Source of the DNA: Candidatus Aminicenantes bacterium
GTDB lineage: Bacteria > Acidobacteriota > Aminicenantia > UBA2199
NCBI GenBank assembly: GCA_030639305.1
Contig: DAOWCY010000006.1
Coordinates: 16,563-80,562 of the forward strand
DNA length: 64,000 bases
Reading direction: 5' to 3'
Numbering within the stretch: the stretch's first letter is position 1; each line of letters opens with the position of its first letter. Under the pieces are notes generated by a model that did no database searches, was not told where the DNA came from, and saw only the letters and a list, made by a program, of their open reading frames with translations. A program made the position numbers and the translations under genes. Positions 56,019 through 63,860 of this stretch are shown in pieces.

Positions 56019-56342
56019 TTAGTCTACAATCTTCTCTAATTTATCAGGATTCTGCCGGACATCGAAAACAGTAGCTATAATGACTCTTCTACCTTTTACT
56101 CTATAAATAATTTTATAATTCCCTTCCACAAGATACCTGTATACATCAGGCTTATGTTCTAACAAAGGTTCCTGTTGCCCTATCTCAGTAAAACCTTCTT
56201 CAAGCAGTTCTACTTTATCTAAAATTTTATTAATAACGCGCAGTGCTGCATTTTTAGAAAATTGAGAGAGATATTCAAAAATGTTTCGTAAATCTTTTTT
56301 AGCCGGGTTTGTCCATTTAGTTTTTTTTATGCTTTTTTCCAC
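56019..56342 (-). CDS. Type II toxin-antitoxin system RelE/ParE family toxin
   Basis: 107 aa. ...YRYLVEGNYKIIYRVKGRRVIIATVFDVRQNP, the typical ParE C-terminus. Overlaps the upstream antitoxin ORF by 16 nt. Confidence 0.6.
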   Translation of the reverse strand: MEKSIKKTKWTNPAKKDLRNIFEYLSQFSKNAALRVINKILDKVELLEEGFTEIGQQEPLLEHKPDVYRYLVEGNYKIIYRVKGRRVIIATVFDVRQNPDKLEKIVD

Positions 56343-56620
56343 GTTCTAACTTCTTCTCTCAATTCCTCTTGTGTGATAAAATCACCCCTTTCTGCGGCAC
56401 GCTCAGATTCTTCTATCTTTTCATAAAAAGACTCGAGACTCATTGGTGGCAGTGACTCTTCCGGCTTTTTCTTACTTACGCTTTCTATTAAACCCTTAAT
56501 TCGCTGTAGTATAATTTCATCCTGTATTTTCAGCAGATGTTCGATTAACCAGAGTTTTTCGGCTCTTATATCCATTTTTTCACTCAATCCTATATTAGCA
56601 GATTTTTCTCTATTTTTCAA
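56327..56620 (-). CDS. Putative antitoxin partner of the ParE-like toxin
   Basis: 97 aa, directly upstream of and overlapping the toxin. Its C-terminal region (...MSLESFYEKIEESERAAERGDFITQEELREEV) has a degenerate paralogous copy at 60769-60880. Confidence 0.45.
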   Translation of the reverse strand: MKNREKSANIGLSEKMDIRAEKLWLIEHLLKIQDEIILQRIKGLIESVSKKKPEESLPPMSLESFYEKIEESERAAERGDFITQEELREEVRTWKKA

Positions 56621-56639
56621 ATAAAATTATAATTTTTGC

Positions 56640-56830
56640 CCCATGCCTTCGGCGACCCTGCCGGGGGGGGCGGCGCACCTATGGATTATTTTTTTCTTGC
56701 CTTCGGCGACCCTGCCGGGGGCCAAACTTTTGAAAAAGTTTGAACAAAACTTTTTATAATTTAAAAGCAAAAGCACCAGCCTGCCGCGAAGCGGCTTATT
56801 GCCTCCCCACGCGAGTGGGGCCACGCCGCG
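56640..56830. repeat. Modular repeat element, about 1.5 copies (orientation 1)
   Basis: GCCTTCGGCGACCCTGCCGGGGG appears twice, then CCAAACTTTTGAAAAAGTTTGAACAAAACTTTTTATAATTTAAAAGCAAAAGCACCAGCCTGCCGCGAAGCGGCTTATTGCCTCCCCACGCGAGTGGGG. Confidence 0.8.
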
Positions 56831-56833
56831 GGC

Positions 56834-57991
56834 CTACGGTTGGGGCGGCCTGGGGATAACAACCTTGAACTGCTCTCCCTCGATGTCATTGTAAAACTCG
56901 ATGTCGGGCTGCTCTTTCAGCGCTTTAATTATTCCCGAACCCAATCCCCGGTACGGCAGCATCTTACTGGCAAAAGATGCGATTAACGAATTCCTTATGG
57001 CTGAATTACCATACTTTATGTTTTCAACTGTTAGAGAATTGGGCAGCGCTCCGGGGCTTATTATTTCGATGCGATTATCGAAAATCAATAACCTTATGGA
57101 GGCAACCTTAAAGTAATCCCGGTGAATGAGTGCATTCTGTAATAACTCCTGGAGAGCAACTTTAGAAACTTCCAGGATGCCCAGGCTGTTGAAATCCTGC
57201 CCCTGCTGAGTTTTATGCAAATTTTTTAATAAAAAAGACATCACTTTTTCAAATTGACTGCCGATGTCACCTTCGATATCTTCACTGTCCCTGTATTCCG
57301 TATCAGCCAGGGAATTACCGAAAAAACTGACCGCTTTTATAATAAAAACACGTAAGAACCTCGCCGGTTCTTTGCCGAAAAGAAGCAGCCCGGCCAGGTT
57401 AAGATTGCCGTCCCTGGCTAAATGGAGATTTTCCAGTAATTTCTCCATGGGGATTTCCATCTCGTCAAGTGTTTTCTCATACACTTTCTTGAAATAATTG
57501 TTGAATTTTTCCCGGTCTAAATCGTTAATAGTTGCGCCTTCTACAGGCATATGATCCGCCAATAATTTCCTGCTTTGCTGGAACAAACGCTGCATCTCCT
57601 CCGGCGCGGTAACTTTGCGTTTATCCGAACCGTTTTTGACCCAGTAAATGCCGTCGTTATCGCAGTAAGGCTTATTGACGCCTTCCCGGACATACACAAC
57701 GATCAATTTTTCCCCTTCGATGGTAAAGTTTTCAGTGATTACATTGACGGCCGGCCTGATATTATTGGTAGTGGCATTGGCGATATATTGATTAATCCGG
57801 CCTATTTCCACGGCACTTAGACCTTTTATCCCCCCTCTATCTGTAACCCCGATAATAATTTTCCCGCCCCGGGAATTGGAAAAGGCTGCGATTTCCTCGC
57901 CCAACTTTTTTGCGCCGGTTATTGTCTCTTTAAACTGGTGCCTACTGTCTTCACCGTTGTCTATTATTTCAAGTAATTCTAATTCTTCCAT
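56834..57991 (-). CDS. AlbA_2 (Schlafen-like divergent AAA) plus HATPase_c_4 domain protein (often annotated as an ATP-dependent DNA-binding/transcriptional regulator)
   Basis: N-terminal ...EDSRHQFKETI...EIAAFSNSRGGKIIIGVTDRGGIKGL (AlbA_2 signature). C-terminal ...LQELLQNALIHRDY (HATPase_c_4-like). Its start overlaps the stop of the upstream PHP-ATPase gene by 13 nt. Confidence 0.65.
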   Translation of the reverse strand: MEELELLEIIDNGEDSRHQFKETITGAKKLGEEIAAFSNSRGGKIIIGVTDRGGIKGLSAVEIGRINQYIANATTNNIRPAVNVITENFTIEGEKLIVVYVREGVNKPYCDNDGIYWVKNGSDKRKVTAPEEMQRLFQQSRKLLADHMPVEGATINDLDREKFNNYFKKVYEKTLDEMEIPMEKLLENLHLARDGNLNLAGLLLFGKEPARFLRVFIIKAVSFFGNSLADTEYRDSEDIEGDIGSQFEKVMSFLLKNLHKTQQGQDFNSLGILEVSKVALQELLQNALIHRDYFKVASIRLLIFDNRIEIISPGALPNSLTVENIKYGNSAIRNSLIASFASKMLPYRGLGSGIIKALKEQPDIEFYNDIEGEQFKVVIPRPPQP

Positions 57992-60615
57992 AGTTCGTAT
58001 ATCCTTTTTCTTTTGTCAAATGCCTCTTCGCCGCCTTCCATTACGTTTACGATTTCATCTTGAATGGATTTCCTATCGATGCTGCCTGTTTTTAAGTGGA
58101 TGGAATTTTCCGAATAACTGCATTGTAGAACTTGCTCGCACTCACCCAGCACCGGGATGTTGGGGTTATGCGTGGCGAAAATAAATTGAGTTTGCTGTTT
58201 CAGCTTGGTCAATTCTTTGATAACGTCATTATAAAGAGACTGGTTGTCCAGGTCGTCTTCGGGCTGGTCGATTATAATAATCTCGTGGTCTTTCTTTGCC
58301 AGGATAAAAACAATAAATGCAGACGCCCGCTGACCTAAAGAATGCTTGCTTAATTCCTTTTGATTATAATATAGTTCTACTTTATCCGGTACCCGGAAAG
58401 TTAAAAAATGGTCGCGTATGTCTTCAATACGTTCCTTGAACCGGAGCAGCAAGCTGCCTTCCGTTCCGGTTAGTATTTTTTCCAAAGAGCTATCCTTTTT
58501 AAAAAGATCGTCGTAAATGTCAATGGGGTCCCGGTAAGATTCACAAATTTTTTTTATATGGTTCGCCGACAGGTAGGTGCCTTTAAAATTATTTTTAAAA
58601 AAGTTCTCGAAAGCCTCTTTGTCCTCTTTGAATTCGATTTTTATCTTAATCGATAAATCCTTCTCTTTCAATCGGTCGGTCTCTTCTTTTAATAACAGAA
58701 ATTCCTTGTGCCGGAGGTCTTTCAAGTCCTGAAGGGAATCCTGAAGCCATCTTTTTAATCGGCTGAGTTCTTGCGATTTTTTCTCCAACTGCGATAGAGT
58801 GGCCTTAACGATAGTCAGCCTGTTGTTGAAATTTATAAAATCGTCGGCATTCAATGTGGGCAAATCGATTTTTCGTCTGATTTGGGCAAATTCTTCCTGA
58901 AGTTCGGCATTTAACCGGTGAAATTCCTCTTTGATTTCTTTTAATTTCGTGAGATATTCTTTTCCCTGGTGGGCAAGGCTGTCGATCTCAATGAATTTTT
59001 TATGGAATGCACGCAAGCTTTTTTTTATCTTTTCAAACAGGCTTTCATTGCCGGGACTTTTGTATTCCAAGTAGTGATCGAAACTTCCTTTATGCTCATC
59101 TATAATCCCGGTTAGGTCGTCAACTATTGTTTGTAGAAAATCGATTATCTCTTCGAGTTTATCCCGATCCCGGTTAAAATCAACCTGCCGCTGCAGTTTC
59201 TCGTCAACTTTATGTTCCTTGAATTTTCTTAATTTTTCTTCAATATTACTTTTTTCTTCCAGCAATTCATCTCTCTTCTTTATTTTTTCTTTCAGGATAT
59301 TTATGCTGTTTAAGGTTCTTATAATATCTTGTTCTTTATCGAAAACCTGTTTCCTCACCTCTTTGACTTCATTTTTATCTCCGAAAAACTTTTCGATCAA
59401 ATCCCCGGCAAACCCTTTGCCGCCGATTTCCGACAGGTCCTTCTGGCCGAAATATAGAACATCGACAAGCCCACCGGCTATCTTCATGGTGGGCACCCTA
59501 TTCTCACCGCGAAATATTTGCGGTTTCTCTTTGTGAATTTTTTCAATCCTATATTTTTCTCCATGTCGATCGACGATATTAACTACTATTTTTCCACCGC
59601 TGCCGAGTAGGTTGTTTACTAAATCATCTTTATACTCTTTGTCTTTCGATTGTTTGTCAAATTTGTAGTCCAGGGCGCACCGTATCGCTTCCAGCAGAGT
59701 CGATTTACCGCTGCCCCTTATGCCGATCAAGTTGTTCATATCGGGATTCAAATGAACGGTCTGCCCGTCTAACATCCCGCCGACAAATGAAATATCTTTT
59801 ATGTAACCGTTTTTACGCTTCGGAAAAGATTTCTTAATTCTCGTGGAATTGGCCAGCAGGGCATATTTGACGGCTTCGAAATTAAAATCTCCAATTTTTA
59901 TATAGGTGACTGAATCTCTTTGCCCGATATCATCGAGCGTTTTGGGATCGGAGCCATCCAAAAAGGCAGGTAATTTGTCGCTTCCATAGATTTCGATAAT
60001 CTCTTCCTTTGATTTGTCACTCTCCAGCTTTTGGAAGCCGATTACATGGTCCTTAAACAGGGGTTCACTGTAGATACCTCTCTCCCTGATCCCCCTGGCG
60101 GTTTCCTTGAAGAACCCTTTATCCCGGTCCACATGAGCCAAAATGATAAAATAACCGGCACGGAATTCATTTAACCTTTTAATAGTTTGCATCAATTTCT
60201 CTTCTGTGTTTCCGTCAGGTTTAATCGGTTTTGTTCCGAATGTTCCATTAAGAAATTTTTCGATATTGTTGATGTTTTTCTTATCGTCTACCCACGCTTC
60301 ATAATCGAAAACAACTAAAGTATGAATCCCGTTTTTTCCGTCCCCCACGTTCAATTCTACACCGGGTAATAGGAAAACGTCTCTTTTCCAGGCTTTTTTT
60401 CTCAATTCTTTAAATTCATCGTGGTAAAAACGATTGTGATTGGTGATTACCCCGACATTGATTTTTTGTTCTTCCAGCTTATCTAAAAAACGATTAAAAA
60501 AATCATTGGGATTATCCTCAAATTTTATGCCCAAAGGATCTGAAACTGTATGTAGGTGAAAATCAGCCCTCAGCCATTTGCTGCCGGTCTCGAAAAATTT
60601 AATTGTATTTTTCAT
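57979..60615 (-). CDS. PHP-family phosphoesterase domain fused to a RecF/SMC-like ABC ATPase with a long coiled-coil insert
   Basis: N-terminal RADFHLHTVSD and ...ILAHVDRDKG (PHP metal-binding His motifs). Walker [15 protein letters not shown]. About 350 aa of coiled coil. C-terminal Walker B/D-loop IIIIDQPEDDLD and ATHNPNIP. Confidence 0.7.
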   Translation of the reverse strand: MKNTIKFFETGSKWLRADFHLHTVSDPLGIKFEDNPNDFFNRFLDKLEEQKINVGVITNHNRFYHDEFKELRKKAWKRDVFLLPGVELNVGDGKNGIHTLVVFDYEAWVDDKKNINNIEKFLNGTFGTKPIKPDGNTEEKLMQTIKRLNEFRAGYFIILAHVDRDKGFFKETARGIRERGIYSEPLFKDHVIGFQKLESDKSKEEIIEIYGSDKLPAFLDGSDPKTLDDIGQRDSVTYIKIGDFNFEAVKYALLANSTRIKKSFPKRKNGYIKDISFVGGMLDGQTVHLNPDMNNLIGIRGSGKSTLLEAIRCALDYKFDKQSKDKEYKDDLVNNLLGSGGKIVVNIVDRHGEKYRIEKIHKEKPQIFRGENRVPTMKIAGGLVDVLYFGQKDLSEIGGKGFAGDLIEKFFGDKNEVKEVRKQVFDKEQDIIRTLNSINILKEKIKKRDELLEEKSNIEEKLRKFKEHKVDEKLQRQVDFNRDRDKLEEIIDFLQTIVDDLTGIIDEHKGSFDHYLEYKSPGNESLFEKIKKSLRAFHKKFIEIDSLAHQGKEYLTKLKEIKEEFHRLNAELQEEFAQIRRKIDLPTLNADDFINFNNRLTIVKATLSQLEKKSQELSRLKRWLQDSLQDLKDLRHKEFLLLKEETDRLKEKDLSIKIKIEFKEDKEAFENFFKNNFKGTYLSANHIKKICESYRDPIDIYDDLFKKDSSLEKILTGTEGSLLLRFKERIEDIRDHFLTFRVPDKVELYYNQKELSKHSLGQRASAFIVFILAKKDHEIIIIDQPEDDLDNQSLYNDVIKELTKLKQQTQFIFATHNPNIPVLGECEQVLQCSYSENSIHLKTGSIDRKSIQDEIVNVMEGGEEAFDKRKRIYELWKN

Positions 60616-60744
60616 ATTATTAATATATATACCGAAATGACCTTAAAATCAATACTTTTTATTAATATTATCCGATTTTTTCTAAATCATTGAACGATCC
60701 GCCGTTATTCAGCGGGATTTTGTTTAATTTAAATCCTCTGCTTC

Positions 60745-60880
60745 TATTAATTCTCTTGTTTTCCACGTCTAAACTTTTTCTCGCAATTCCGCTTGTGTAA
60801 TAAAATCACCTCTTTCCAGGGCACACTCGGATTCTTCTATCCTTTCATAAAAGGATTCAAAGTTCATTGGCGGCATAGTA
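60745..60880 (-). pseudogene. Degenerate remnant of an antitoxin gene 3' end plus the first nucleotides of a parE-like gene. About 80% identical over roughly 115 bp to 56325-56445.
   Basis: Direct alignment of TTCCACGTCTAAACTTTTTCTCGCAATTCCGCTTGTGTAATAAAATCACCTCTTTCC...GATTCTTCTATCCTTTCATAAAAGGATTCAAAGTTCATTGG with 56334-56450. The translated remnant ...FESFYERIEESECALERGDFITQAELREKV parallels the 56327..56620 protein. Confidence 0.5.
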
Positions 60881-60908
60881 TATAAAGGTGCGGAATCAGG
60901 CTTCATTT

Positions 60909-61841
60909 TCATTTTATATTGTGAGTCAAAAACGTGGGCCAGGACTTCACATGCCATGGGAGTATCTTTATATTAGACACTTCATAGGCGTAGTAATTTA
61001 TGGGGGCGGTTGAAGCTTTTGATCTCACTAAAACCGCAAATCGAAACTCTTTGGAGGGGAATTCTTTTCTGAAGAAATTAAGGGCCATTTGGGGTCTTTC
61101 ACCGATGGGAGTTGCCCCCTCTACAAGGAGGATTTTTTTCTGATCCTGCTCAATTGTGATGGTTTTATCATATATATGTTCGCGGTTTTTTACTCCATTG
61201 TGCTCTACATCTAAAAAATTCCAATTAAATCCCCTAAATGGTTTTGCCCCCAAATACCCGGCAATTAGCCCACCTATAATGCCCCCGCTTCTACCGATCC
61301 CGATCACTAAATCAGGATTATATGTCTCTTCTTCCATTTGGGAGACAATTCTGCCTATCCCTTTCTCTACATCCGGCCAGGTGAATTCGGATCTGTCTTC
61401 ATCCATGTCGGTGCAATAAACTTCGGTATTTTGGAGCCATTCTTTTATATCTTTCTCAGAATTTTCCCTGTTGTTTTTACTAATATCTATGGTTAAAATA
61501 CCGGTGAGATCTGTTGATATCTTCGGCTTCCCATCCACACATATGATCGCCTTTTTAATTCCTAATCGACCGGCAAATAATCCATACTCAATAAGGACAT
61601 TATCGCGGGGTTGCTTCGTGCTTTCGCTGCGGTTCTCTATAAGATCATCCTCCGAAAAAATAAAAACAGCCGCATCTATATTTTTACTAATCTCAATTAG
61701 TCGGGGAAAAGTGTATTCTCCCGGTGAAAAGAGAGATTTTTTGTCCCACCTGAGAGGTTTGTGACCAGCGGCCTTGATGCTTTTTTCGACCCAGCTTAAC
61801 GCTTCTGAAGATTCGGTTGAACTGCCGATAAATACTATCAT
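60909..61841 (-). CDS. Fusion protein: N-terminal TIR-like nucleotide-binding domain (PF10137 / CAP12-type) and C-terminal type-I phosphoribosyltransferase (PRTase)-like domain
   Basis: N-terminus MIVFIGSSTESSEALSWVEKSIKAAGHKPLRWDK...AVFIFSEDDL...DNVLIEYGLFAGRLG matches the TIR-like 'predicted nucleotide-binding protein' pattern (IFIGSS...FVF.pDD...NVifElGlf.G.LG). C-terminus has DLVIGIGRSGGIIGG and KILLVEGATPIGE, resembling the PRTase PRPP-binding loop. Confidence 0.5.
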   Translation of the reverse strand: MIVFIGSSTESSEALSWVEKSIKAAGHKPLRWDKKSLFSPGEYTFPRLIEISKNIDAAVFIFSEDDLIENRSESTKQPRDNVLIEYGLFAGRLGIKKAIICVDGKPKISTDLTGILTIDISKNNRENSEKDIKEWLQNTEVYCTDMDEDRSEFTWPDVEKGIGRIVSQMEEETYNPDLVIGIGRSGGIIGGLIAGYLGAKPFRGFNWNFLDVEHNGVKNREHIYDKTITIEQDQKKILLVEGATPIGERPQMALNFFRKEFPSKEFRFAVLVRSKASTAPINYYAYEVSNIKILPWHVKSWPTFLTHNIK

Positions 61842-61853
61842 GTTACCTCCTTT

Positions 61854-62195
61854 TCAAAGATGCACGGTCAACTTCCCGGACGCATACTGATGCACCAATG
61901 AACCGATAATTGTTTGATAAGGAATACCGACTTCCGATGCTCTCATTCGCAGCCTTTCCAGGTCTTGCTCCGTTAACCTGATACTGATACGCTTTGTCTT
62001 CGGCGCAGTATTCCAGACCGCCTCTATTAATTCTCTTTTTTTCTTTTCTCCGTCATCTACAGGTATAAGCTCACCCCTTTCATAAGCTTCCAATATTTCT
62101 TTTTCTTCATCGGGATCATCTATCAGTCCTATTTTCCCGCTTTCTAAAGCGTCTATAATAGCTTTTTTATCCTTAAATTTTTTTTTATTTTCCAT
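61854..62195 (-). CDS. brnA: BrnA-type antitoxin (ribbon-helix-helix-containing)
   Basis: 113 aa. ...KTKRISIRLTEQDLERLRMRASEVGIPYQTIIGSLVHQYASGKL matches the BrnA C-terminal signature. Immediately downstream of and overlapping the BrnT-like gene. Confidence 0.55.
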   Translation of the reverse strand: MENKKKFKDKKAIIDALESGKIGLIDDPDEEKEILEAYERGELIPVDDGEKKKRELIEAVWNTAPKTKRISIRLTEQDLERLRMRASEVGIPYQTIIGSLVHQYASGKLTVHL

Positions 62196-62475
62196 TTTTG
62201 TCCTCCTTTTTTAGATATTTCTTTGTGGCCTTCCTGCTCCTAAAAATTGTTTTCAAAAAATATTTTTCTTCGGCTTCTATAAAAGGAACAAGATAAGCAC
62301 TACCTTTGATTTCCACTACCATTATCTCCTGGTGTGGGTACTTTTTTTCATTCGAGTGTTTATACCTATCTAATAATTTTCCTTCTTTCAATGCAGTGAT
62401 GATTTCTTCAGAAGAAATTTCTCTCTTTTTTTTTAGCAGCTCATTTTTTTCTGCATTCCACTTGTATCGTTTCAT
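62185..62475 (-). CDS. brnT: BrnT-type ribonuclease toxin (DUF497)
   Basis: 96 aa. MKRYKWNAEKNELLKKKREISSEEI...MVVEIKGSAYLVPFIEAEEKYFLKTIFRSRKATKKY resembles the DUF497/BrnT pattern (f.WD..Kn..N..KHG.sFeE......RiISARkAt..E...Y). Confidence 0.6.
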   Translation of the reverse strand: MKRYKWNAEKNELLKKKREISSEEIITALKEGKLLDRYKHSNEKKYPHQEIMVVEIKGSAYLVPFIEAEEKYFLKTIFRSRKATKKYLKKEDKNGK

Positions 62476-62519
62476 GCTAATATTATATCCAAAACAGGCA
62501 CAATGTCAATACTTTCGCA

Positions 62520-62670
62520 CCAAGTTTTGCTTGCCTCCGGGGTGCGACGCACCCAGCCTTTTTGCCTCCCCGTGCGTACGGGGGCCGCGGGCTTGCAAAA
62601 ATGATACACTTCCTTTATAATCGAAATTTAAAAAGCGGACGGCGTCCGCACCCTATTGGACGGCAAAACC
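62520..62670. repeat. Partial repeat elements (hairpin modules GGTGCGACGCACC, CCCCGTGCGTACGGGGG, AGCGGACGGCGTCCGC)
   Basis: TTGCCTCCGGGGTGCGACGCACCCAGCC...GCCTCCCCGTGCGTACGGGGGCCGCGGGC...AAAAAGCGGACGGCGTCCGCACCCTATTGG. Confidence 0.6.
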
Positions 62671-62741
62671 TGAGCCATGTATAGACGGTTTGTTTTGGCA
62701 TACTTTTAGGGATAAAAATCAACAGGAAAAGGAGACTTGAA

Positions 62742-63569
62742 ATGCGTGATTTTGCAGGAAAAAATGCTTTAATTACAGGCGGAGCCAGCGGCATCGGTTT
62801 GGCCGCGGCAAAAGAATTGATTCGCAGCGGTGCGAATGTAACGATTTTCGACTTGAACGGCGAGGCGTTGGGCAGCGCTGTAAAAGAACTGGAAGCTTTT
62901 GCCGGTGAAGTGAATGCGGACGTGCGCTGTGAAGGCGAAACCGGTGATGTTACCGATTTCGAAGCCCTTAAAAAAGTTGTAGACAGCATGGAGGAAAAAG
63001 GTAACCCGGTGGACCTTTTATTAACTTGCGCCGGGATAGCACATCCCACTGCGCTGGCGGAATTAGATCTCGACATCATCAAAAAAACGGTAGATATAGA
63101 TTTATTGGGCACTATTTATTCCTGTCGCGCCGTATTGCCCGGTATGATAAAAAGGGACGGCAGAGGTCACATTGCCTTAGTCAGTTCTTTGGCCGGGATT
63201 CTCGGTGTTTATGGGTATTCCGCTTATGGAGCCGCCAAGTTCGGCGTCCGCGGGTTAGGCGAGGTGCTGCTCCAGGAATTGAAACCCTACGATATTAACG
63301 TCACTATTTTGTTTCCCCCGGATACGGACACCCCGCAGTTTGAATATGAGAACCGGTTCAAACCCGAAGCCACGAAAGCCATCGCCGGGACGATTAAGCC
63401 GGTTTCCGCCGAATATGTGGCCCGCTGTTTAGTAAAGGGGATCCGGAAGAACCGTTTCCAGGTGATACCTACTTTTACCGGCAAAGTTACGAATATGGCG
63501 TCTAAACTTTTTGCGCCTATCTTGCGTTGGGCCCTAGTCGGTGTGGTAAAGAAAGCAGTTAGAAAATAG
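62742..63569 (+). CDS. SDR-family NAD(P)-dependent oxidoreductase
   Basis: ALITGGASGIGLAAAKEL (TGxxxGxG). Catalytic SSLAG...YSAYGAAK (YxxxK). Confidence 0.85.
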   Translation: MRDFAGKNALITGGASGIGLAAAKELIRSGANVTIFDLNGEALGSAVKELEAFAGEVNADVRCEGETGDVTDFEALKKVVDSMEEKGNPVDLLLTCAGIAHPTALAELDLDIIKKTVDIDLLGTIYSCRAVLPGMIKRDGRGHIALVSSLAGILGVYGYSAYGAAKFGVRGLGEVLLQELKPYDINVTILFPPDTDTPQFEYENRFKPEATKAIAGTIKPVSAEYVARCLVKGIRKNRFQVIPTFTGKVTNMASKLFAPILRWALVGVVKKAVRK

Positions 63570-63660
63570 GCCCGCGGTCCGAGCACCCTAATTAAAAGTT
63601 TTGATCAACCCCACTGCGTGGGGAGGCGTTTAGCTGTTTCGCAGCAGGGAGGTGTTTTTG
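63570..63660. repeat. Short repeat element (AAAAGTTTTGATCAA, CCCCACTGCGTGGGG hairpin, GCTGTTTCGCAGCAGGG)
   Basis: CCTAATTAAAAGTTTTGATCAACCCCACTGCGTGGGGAGGCGTTTAGCTGTTTCGCAGCAGGGAGG. Confidence 0.65.
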
Positions 63661-63860
63661 GTTTCTCATACGTACACCACGTTTTCCAGTATATTTTTCT
63701 TTATCGTACTCTTCAGGGCGTTGGGGGTTACCAGGTCTACCGCCGTTCCTAATTGGTCTGTCAAAAAAGATTTTAACCTGGAGAATTCAAATAGATTCAC
63801 CGGGCGCATCCTTGTTTTGGCACCAATGTTGCACTCTATAATACAGGTAAGAAAAACTAT

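Noticed and set aside
56627-56824. ORF 56627..56824(-), MAPLAWGGNKPLRGRL...PGRVAEGK
   Set aside because: Translation of the 1.5-copy repeat element 56640-56830.
62615-63112. ORF 62615..63112(-), 165 aa, antisense to the SDR gene
   Set aside because: The SDR on the plus strand has canonical TGxxxGxG and YxxxK motifs. The antisense ORF is Ser/Ala/Pro-rich with no motif.
8897-63660. Possibility that the recurring repeats form a CRISPR array
   Set aside because: Copies are dispersed over 55 kb, occur in both orientations, vary in length and module content, and are not separated by uniform short unique spacers. No cas genes are present.
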